Below, piece by piece: positions 60,216-64,000 of a stretch of 64,000 bases of DNA (position 1 is the first letter of the stretch; each line of letters begins with the position of its first letter). The stretch covers positions 1,888,001 to 1,952,000 of the forward strand of contig OY776215.1 of assembly GCA_963675495.1 (NCBI GenBank), in the 5' to 3' direction. Under the pieces are notes generated by a model. That model was not told where the DNA came from and did no database searches. It saw nothing but the letters and a program-made list of their open reading frames with translations. The position numbers and the translations under genes were made by a program. Origin of the DNA: an uncultured Methanolobus sp. Lineage in GTDB: Archaea > Halobacteriota > Methanosarcinia > Methanosarcinales > Methanosarcinaceae.

Positions 60216-60907
60216 TGCCAGTTAAAGAATTATATCGCGGTATTTATGAATTGGACATCGATGACAGGAAGATGCTTGCAACCAAGAATATCATGCCTGG
60301 TATGAGTGTCTACGGCGAGCGTCTCATTATTGGTGACGACATAGAATACCGCCAGTGGGACCCCAGTAGAAGTAAACTTGGAGCCATGGTGCTCAAGAAC
60401 TTTGAGATTCCAATAGAACCAGATTCCGCAGTACTCTATCTTGGTGCAGCCTCAGGAACAACAGTAAGCCATGTCTCCGACATACTTACAGACGGTCTGG
60501 TCTACGCAGTTGAGTTCTCCCCACGCACAATGCGTGACTTGATCCAGCTCTGCGACCAGCGCCCGAACATAATCCCGATACTGGCCGATGCCAACAAACC
60601 CCAGTCCTACGCTCACATCGTGGAAAAAGCTGATGTCATTTTCCAGGACGTAGCCCAGTCCAACCAGGCCGAGATAGCCGCCGTCAATTCAAAATACTTC
60701 TTAGAAGAGGACGGTCACCTGATGCTCTCCATCAAGTCAAGAAGCATCGACACCACAGCCAGCCCCAAAAAGATATTCAAGGAAGAGGTCCGAAAACTGG
60801 AAAGCGACTTTGACATTGAATTCGAGGTGTTGCAAAGAAAGGAGCTTGCCCCGTTCCACGAGGATCATTTAGGTCTGGTGGCACGGATGTTCGTGGATGA
60901 AGAGTGA
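60215..60907 (+). CDS. flpA: Fibrillarin-like rRNA/tRNA 2'-O-methyltransferase
   Basis: VYGE, W.P.RSKL, LYLGAASGTTVSHVSD, AVEFS, NI.PIL.DA, QDVAQ. Confidence 0.96.
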   Translation: MPVKELYRGIYELDIDDRKMLATKNIMPGMSVYGERLIIGDDIEYRQWDPSRSKLGAMVLKNFEIPIEPDSAVLYLGAASGTTVSHVSDILTDGLVYAVEFSPRTMRDLIQLCDQRPNIIPILADANKPQSYAHIVEKADVIFQDVAQSNQAEIAAVNSKYFLEEDGHLMLSIKSRSIDTTASPKKIFKEEVRKLESDFDIEFEVLQRKELAPFHEDHLGLVARMFVDEE

Positions 60908-61032
60908 AGTAAGTTGTATGTAATAAGGTTTTTTGGATATAGTACATGTGCTTCCATACGCCGTAGGCGGCACATTCTATTATCACCAATAATCTGTAAC
61001 ACATAAGCAATAACAGCAATTTTAAATATGTT

Positions 61033-62289
61033 TTATTCCAGCATCCATTTCCAGATGGGCTTTACAGTTATTTTTTTACCATTCATCTCGATTTCATCTT
61101 CGGTGTCATCTGTAAGAATAAGACCTTCCTTTAATTTGTAGGTCTTTAAAGCTTCAAAGAGTCCTTCAATCTCTCTTATTTTTGTATCTGGATTTTCAAG
61201 ACTTTGTGTTACCTGGATTGCTTCTCTTATGTTGTAGCCATCCCTTATGACAAAATCACATTCTTTCTTTTCTCTGTGGTAGTAGACTTCTTCGTTTCTT
61301 CTTTTCAGTTCCATGAACACAACATTTTCAAGAATCCTTCCGTAGTCTTCGGATGTCCTGAATCCCAGTATCTTTGCTATGGCAGTATCCACGAAGTAGA
61401 CCTTTTTGTTGGAATATACCTGTTTTTTAAGGGAAGTAGAGAATTTTGGCACAAGAAATGCAAGGTAGCTGTTCTCGAGGTACTCGAAGTATTCCTTTAC
61501 TGTTGTTGCACTGGAGAGTCCGGTAAGTTTTTTGATATTGTTGTAACTGATCTCTTTTGCGATATTGGATGCTGCAAAGTAAGCTGTTGTTTTCAGTGCT
61601 TTTTCATCTTTGAGATTATATCTTGCAACTATATCTCTGTAGATTATGTTCTCATACAGTGTCTTGATGTAGAGTTCATCCCGAGTTTTCACAAATTCCG
61701 GTATTCCGCCAGCTTCAATATACTCATTGAAGTGTTTTTTAATCGTACTCTTCTCAACGGTTGTAAGCACGTCTGACAAAGGCAGCTCATATTTTTTGAA
61801 ATCAAGAAATTCCCTGAACGAATAAGGGTACAACGAATAACTCAGATGCCTGCCAGTCAGATGAGTTCCCATCTCCCGACTCAGCATGCTTGCATTTGAA
61901 CCCGTAACGTATATCTTTTTTCCACCGTCATGCAGCCGCCTGACAAATCTCTCCCAGCCCGGTATGTTCTGTATCTCATCAAAAAAGTAAGTATTTCTTT
62001 CACCATATAGTTCGATAAGAATCTCCTGCATCATCTGGAAATCTTCAATTGTAAAATCAAATAATCTCTCATCGTCAAAGTTCACAAAAAAACTCTCATG
62101 AAGCTTCTCCTTCCTAACCTCTCCCATAAGCGTTGATTTCCCAACCCTGCGAAGCCCTGCCACTATGACGATAAGATCAGACTTCTTACTCTTAACCTCA
62201 TCCAACAACTCCCTTTTAACCAGTTCCTTCTCATCTTTGACCTGATTGTTCTGCTCTTTTAGCAGGATTTTTAGTCTCTCTTTGTCCAT
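61033..62289 (-). CDS. ATP-binding protein (AAA_14 + DUF4143) with C-terminal PD-(D/E)xK-like nuclease fold
   Basis: GLRRVGKST, FFDEIQ, TGS, LTGR, GGIPE, K.YF.D, EN.V, ECDF...IQV. Confidence 0.88.
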   Translation of the reverse strand: MDKERLKILLKEQNNQVKDEKELVKRELLDEVKSKKSDLIVIVAGLRRVGKSTLMGEVRKEKLHESFFVNFDDERLFDFTIEDFQMMQEILIELYGERNTYFFDEIQNIPGWERFVRRLHDGGKKIYVTGSNASMLSREMGTHLTGRHLSYSLYPYSFREFLDFKKYELPLSDVLTTVEKSTIKKHFNEYIEAGGIPEFVKTRDELYIKTLYENIIYRDIVARYNLKDEKALKTTAYFAASNIAKEISYNNIKKLTGLSSATTVKEYFEYLENSYLAFLVPKFSTSLKKQVYSNKKVYFVDTAIAKILGFRTSEDYGRILENVVFMELKRRNEEVYYHREKKECDFVIRDGYNIREAIQVTQSLENPDTKIREIEGLFEALKTYKLKEGLILTDDTEDEIEMNGKKITVKPIWKWMLE

Positions 62290-62320
62290 ACTTTTTGTTT
62301 GGAGTTAGTTGCTTATATAC

Positions 62321-62374
62321 ATTTGGTTTGCTAAACCAAATAAAAGTATGTTTATTACAATTAGCAAACCAAAT
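62321..62374. promoter_or_regulatory. Nested inverted repeats upstream of the ATPase promoter
   Basis: ATTTGGTTTGCTAA (62321-62334) / TTAGCAAACCAAAT (62361-62374) perfect 14 bp; also ATTTGGTTT-gct-AAACCAAAT. Confidence 0.65.
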
Positions 62375-62399
62375 TTGTTCCATGGGGGCAGTTATCAGG

Positions 62400-62546
62400 C
62401 CAAAAAATATATTCAAGGAAGAGGTCCGCAAACTGGAAAGTGACTTCTACATCGAGTTTGAAGTACTGCAAAGAAAAGAGCTTGACCCGTTCCACGAGGA
62501 TCATCTAGGTTTGGTGGCACGGATGTTCGTGGATGATGAGGAATGA
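62400..62546 (+). pseudogene. Orphan duplicate of the fibrillarin 3' end (direct repeat of 60764-60907)
   Basis: Encodes PKNIFKEEVRKLESDF...LVARMFVDDEE; 16 differences in 135 nt versus flpA; no 5' part of the gene. Confidence 0.9.
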
Positions 62547-62554
62547 AGGATTAG

Positions 62555-63906
62555 TTAGTTATTTTCGTGTTTATTTAATTCTTCATCTATTATTTCTACT
62601 ATTTTATCCCATTCATTATCAGCAGCCATCTCCTTCAATTTGTAGAGTTCATAGTTAGCATCTATTGCTGCATTTATAAGATTATGTTTTCTAGATTCAA
62701 TGTGTAATTTTATGAGTATAATTGAAGTTTTAAATGTAATATCTTCTAGATTTTGTTCCGCAGCTTTTCTTCCTATATTTCCGAGCGCAAGTGCTGCTTT
62801 CCATGTTGCATCAGGAAGCTTATATTCTGTTGCTTTAGCCCCTATACTTTCAAGTGTAACTATGACCCAAAATACTGTATTTTCTAGTTTATTGTAGATT
62901 GCTTTAGTTCCTATATTTCGTAGGAGGTGTATGGTATTCCATGTTGCTCCCTCAAGTTCTTGTTCTGCAGCTTTAATCCCGCAGTTCCCATCATGTTTAC
63001 CACATACTCGGTTTATTCTTCAAACTTTATTTCTGATGTTTTAATCCCAATTTCTCCAAGATTTTCAATTGCAAATGTAGCAGAATCTTCATTTTTTCTA
63101 TTGATTGCAACAATTGCTAACTTTGAAATATGTAGGGGGATATGAGGTGCAAGTACTCTATCCTCTTTAAAATGTGCATTTTCAAGTACGAGGACTGTAG
63201 ATATTTTAATAGCTTTAAGCCCATTTCTAACGGTTTCATAGTCATTTTTCTCGAGAGAAGCATTTATCATATCAGCAATTGGTTGAATTGGATCCTTTTC
63301 ATCTATTTCTTCACTATTCAAAAACTCAAGAATGTTCTCTTTCGTAATCTCCGCAGCCAGCAATTTAATCACAGTCGAAGGTTTCAGCAAATCCAGAGTC
63401 TTCAACATATAAGGCACCAGACAAACAAAAGCAAAGAACCCCATGAAGTAAGCCACAAAAATAGCGCCCTCCATATTTATTCCAGAAACACCAAGTTCTA
63501 CTACTTTGATTAATCCAAGCCCGTAGAAGATAGTGGTAATGTAGATGCAGAGAAGTATCCACATATCGGGGTTCTGTTTGTAGACGTCAATGACCCTTGC
63601 GGAATAGGACTGGGCTGCGAGCTGTACGGCTACAAGGCTGAGTGTGATTACTAATGCGATGGTGGCTGCGAGACTCTGGACGAGGGCGCTTAGGAGATAG
63701 CGCTCGTTGTCGTAGTTGATGTTGTTGTTTGGGAATGTGAAGTTGGGGAAAATGAGGTTGAATATTACAAAAACTATTATGAACGCTAAGACTATGCTGG
63801 TGAATATAGAAGCGTAGAACAGTGTTCTGTTTATCCATGCAGGTTTGTCGAAGAAATCTGCCAGATTATTGCATTTCTCTTTCAGTTTATTTGCTAGCAT
63901 GCCCAC
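62555..63906 (-). pseudogene. DUF2254-like membrane protein with 23-aa helical repeats, broken by a stop codon and a frameshift
   Basis: ERYLLSALVQS.A...LVAVQLAAQSYS.R N-terminus; TAA at 63015-63013; repeats (IG.KA.E..LE.AT) resume in another frame near 62980 and end with TAA at 62557-62555. Confidence 0.8.
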
Positions 63907-64000
63907 ATAAGAAAGACAGTTTCAAGAAATAAAACAGTATTGAAATGATTTTGTTAGAAGACAATAAACTCATTCTTGAACAGTCATCTATTTTAATTCA

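Noticed and set aside
62295-62546. 83-aa ORF as a real gene
   Set aside because: The first 35 codons run through the ATPase promoter and inverted repeats; only the flpA-derived tail looks coding
63013-63015. Pyrrolysine readthrough as the explanation for the interrupted gene
   Set aside because: The stop is TAA, not TAG, and a frameshift follows; TAG-ended genes at 19883 and 27183 show no convincing continuation
1-64000. CRISPR array, rRNA genes, IS/transposase
   Set aside because: No regularly spaced repeats, rRNA-like sequence or transposase motifs were seen

Overview
A 64-kb stretch of chromosome from a methanogenic archaeon. Gene content (ablAB, beta-RFA-P synthase, archaeal MAT, nop5/fibrillarin, PEF-/PGF-CTERM surface proteins, intron-containing tRNA-Tyr) points to Methanosarcinaceae; Methanolobus-like is my inference. 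Most of it is housekeeping: NAC, acs, thioredoxin, ABCE1/RLI, hisGAB, mat, tRNA-Tyr/Asp, map, trm11, truA, purP, ablAB, leuD/leuB, pyrH, asd, a ferredoxin and an XPD-like helicase. I found no CRISPR array, integrase or transposase. The most notable signals not covered by the ORF track are: (1) four paralogous 35-40 aa single-helix membrane microproteins sharing [ND]-x4-[KQR]-[IV]-h5-VYL, each behind its own TATA-like box, downstream of tRNA-Asp; (2) a duplicated, synonymously diverged fibrillarin 3' end that brackets an AAA/DUF4143 gene and borders a decayed gene; (3) a 35-bp direct repeat bracketing a PEF-CTERM beta-propeller gene; (4) a translationally coupled radical SAM-HhH / DUF4130 / HhH-MutS-ATPase operon; (5) an HTH regulator with a beta-grasp, possibly cobalamin-binding, domain next to cbiZ; (6) several structured non-coding RNAs or leaders. 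Family assignments come from motif recognition by eye, not from database searches.
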